From the NCBI RefSeq assembly GCF_018977255.1, contig NW_024704742.1, positions 95,048,001 to 95,112,000 of the forward strand: 64,000 bases of DNA, written 5' to 3'. Each line of letters begins with the position of its first letter. The first letter of the stretch is position 1. Shown piece after piece: positions 61,584-64,000 of the stretch. The notes beneath the pieces were generated by a model. It ran no database searches and was not told the DNA's origin. It saw only the letters and a list, made by a program, of their open reading frames with translations. The DNA comes from Callorhinchus milii. Taxonomy: Eukaryota. The translations under genes were made by a program, and so were the position numbers.

Positions 61584-64000
61584 GGGATTAGGCTACTTTG
61601 AATAGTCTATGTATGAAGCTCCAGCAGGGTGGGAGTTGGGAGAGGGGTCAGGGGCTTAAGTTCCACCAAATGTTTTCCATTTTGCAAGTGCAGGAAAGAG
61701 TTGTGAGGGGAACTTTTTTTATTATCTACAATCTAACTTCTTGGTTTAAGGAGAGGGGTAAGAGTACAGAATGCCACATCTACATATTCATTTAACTTAC
61801 ATTTTCACAGCTCTATAATGGATTTTGGATGGATTGTATTTTGTTAATAATATTATTGATAATGATCCTTGCATTTGATATAACACATTTCACTTCAGAG
61901 GATGACTTAAAGAGTGTCACAGGATTTCAGTTGATGTGTTCAGATGTGGGTCCTTGATGGATATACAGAAAAACAGAAAGAACTCTCCTTCAATTCAGAT
62001 AATAATTATAACAATAAAAATCCTTTTATATTGTATTTGATATAGCTCCTTATCACATCTTCTAGACATCTCAAAGTGCTTCACAGAATATACTGTAAAG
62101 TGAATTGACTGTATGTTTTGTGGGCAAAAGATTCTGATTAAGTACAGTTTTTGTGTACAAAAGGAAATGAATATTGTGCTATTTTGCAATTATAATTTTT
62201 AGGCATGAATTTCAGCATTTCAAATATTGTCCGTTCTTTAAACTTGATTGAATGGGGATATTGTATATCAGTTCAAGAGGTGGTGCTATGTTTTAGGATA
62301 TGGCATAGTTAAGAATTGATTAACTTACTATATTATATATCCCATGGCCTTTGTGTAGCCGGAGAGCGAGCAAAAGAACTATTCTATTTGAGAAATGTAC
62401 ATGTACATGCAATCTGTCCCGAATTGAGGGTGTACCGATCAATAGATACAACAGAACAGATGACAACATTCACTGGAACAATTGAGAGTCCCATAGAATG
62501 GGCCATGTGACAACAACTGAACAGCTGCCGGCAACCAAGCCAGCAGGACACCTCACCTTCCCAAACTATTGCTAAAATCTAGTGAATTAGATGCTCAGCC
62601 AACTGTGAATAGTAGGTTGCAGAATGATGGGCTATACTGCAGTTCAACAAATTGATGTACAGGATGTATCTGCATGTGAGATATTACAACATATTTACCA
62701 AAGTGCAGCCTAATGCAGCCAATCCCAAGAACATATTAGTGAGATGATGATCCCAGCATGAAGTGATTCAGAGACTTTGTAATCCTGTGTAATGTTCCAT
62801 GTCATGTGAAAGAACTCTTTTTCTTGCGATTTAATAAAATGCTTTTGTTCGTATCCAGCTGTGTCTAGCGTCTTACTGAAACTCAGTAACAAACAGAAAA
62901 AAAAATCTGTCCTGCACAAAACAGTGCTGTCGAGCCAGAACAGACCCTCATCACAACTCTATTAAATAGAGTAGGTTGACTGGGTTGCTTTTATAAGACC
63001 AAAGTAGGTTACTAAAGTTGCACACCGTTACACTGATGATACTCAAGTGCATTAATTCCACACTTCAGTGTTATTTTTGATCAACCCTCGGATGTTTGTT
63101 CAAAGAAATTGTAGTGCAGAATAAACTCAAAAGCCTTTCAACATTAAGATCCCAGACATTGATTTTACTGATGATAGTCTTTTAAAATGTGCTGGTCTTA
63201 GTAGCTTATCCTCAATATCTTATCATTAATGTACCACTGCCTCAAAGTGCTCTTTGAATAGCAGATGACTACCTTTTATACCAGCCAGGAAGTGCACCTG
63301 AGGTCAATAAGTAGCACCCATCTCAAGCCTTGCTTTACATTTGGAAATTCTTAAAATAATAATCCATCACCAAATACCCACTTACATCCTGGAGAACAAA
63401 TGTTATCAGTGGTCTGCTCTACATTTACCAAAAACATTCTTGTCGAATTCACTGAATATACCTCTTCAGGATCTTGACAGGAAATTTTTTTGCTAGATTC
63501 GTCTAACGAATCGAACCAATAAGCTATTCAGACTTTCAAACATGCTTTATGGTGTTAGTTAATTTCAACCAGGGAAGTTGTGGCAGAGCTAGAGAGTGGA
63601 AAAATCCACCAGGGATCCCATTCGTGATTACTGTTCAGACCACTGCTGGAGAGTTCTGGATGCATGTGTGGACATAGAGCACAGGATTGGGTTCTGAAGA
63701 ACTTCCTGCCAAAACTCACTGTTTATTTTATACCTGAAATAATTATTTGGTGGGACCATCCCCTATCTGTCCTTTTTCTATTTTTGTTCCCTCCACCTCT
63801 CTTGAAGTCATTGATCTTGCTGGGGTTTGATATCACGGACCTTGCCACAAAGCTGCTCACCAAGACTTTGACTTTGGCCATTCTTTGCATGTTGAGAGGC
63901 TATTCAACAATAAAGCACCCACAGGCAAGTTTACCATTGTCCTCATGCATTGCTGAGGATGTGCTGCATTGCTGGAGATGCCGTCCTTCGGATAAAACAT

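Overview
This is vertebrate genomic DNA. The repeat content (tRNA-head/L2-tail SINEs, Deu-domain SINEs, L2 and CR1 LINEs including an HER1/HE1-type tail) points to a cartilaginous fish, probably a chimaera (inference). Bases 143-20255 hold the last 14 coding exons of a + strand concentrative nucleoside transporter of the SLC28A3/CNT3 type. All introns are GT-AG, all phases are compatible, and the spliced frame is open for 573 codons up to TAA; the 5' exons lie upstream of the window. The main observation is that this intact transporter differs at residues known to matter: Ser replaces the primary Na+-site Asn (hCNT3 N336), and the selectivity positions read G-L and T-V, which is CNT2-like, instead of G-Q and S-V. 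Its introns hold an LTR + tRNA-Arg PBS + gag fragment, a Gypsy protease/RT fragment, hairpin MITEs and a CCHC-type LINE end. The remaining ~44 kb is repeat-rich with no recognisable intact gene. It includes nested insertions, templated duplications, an unclassified retroposon family ending GGCTGACC(A)n, a locally triplicated/inverted unique segment and possible decayed exons. I see no CRISPR array, true tRNA/rRNA gene or new multi-gene system. Repeat boundaries are approximate, and comparisons to known proteins are from memory, not from a search.
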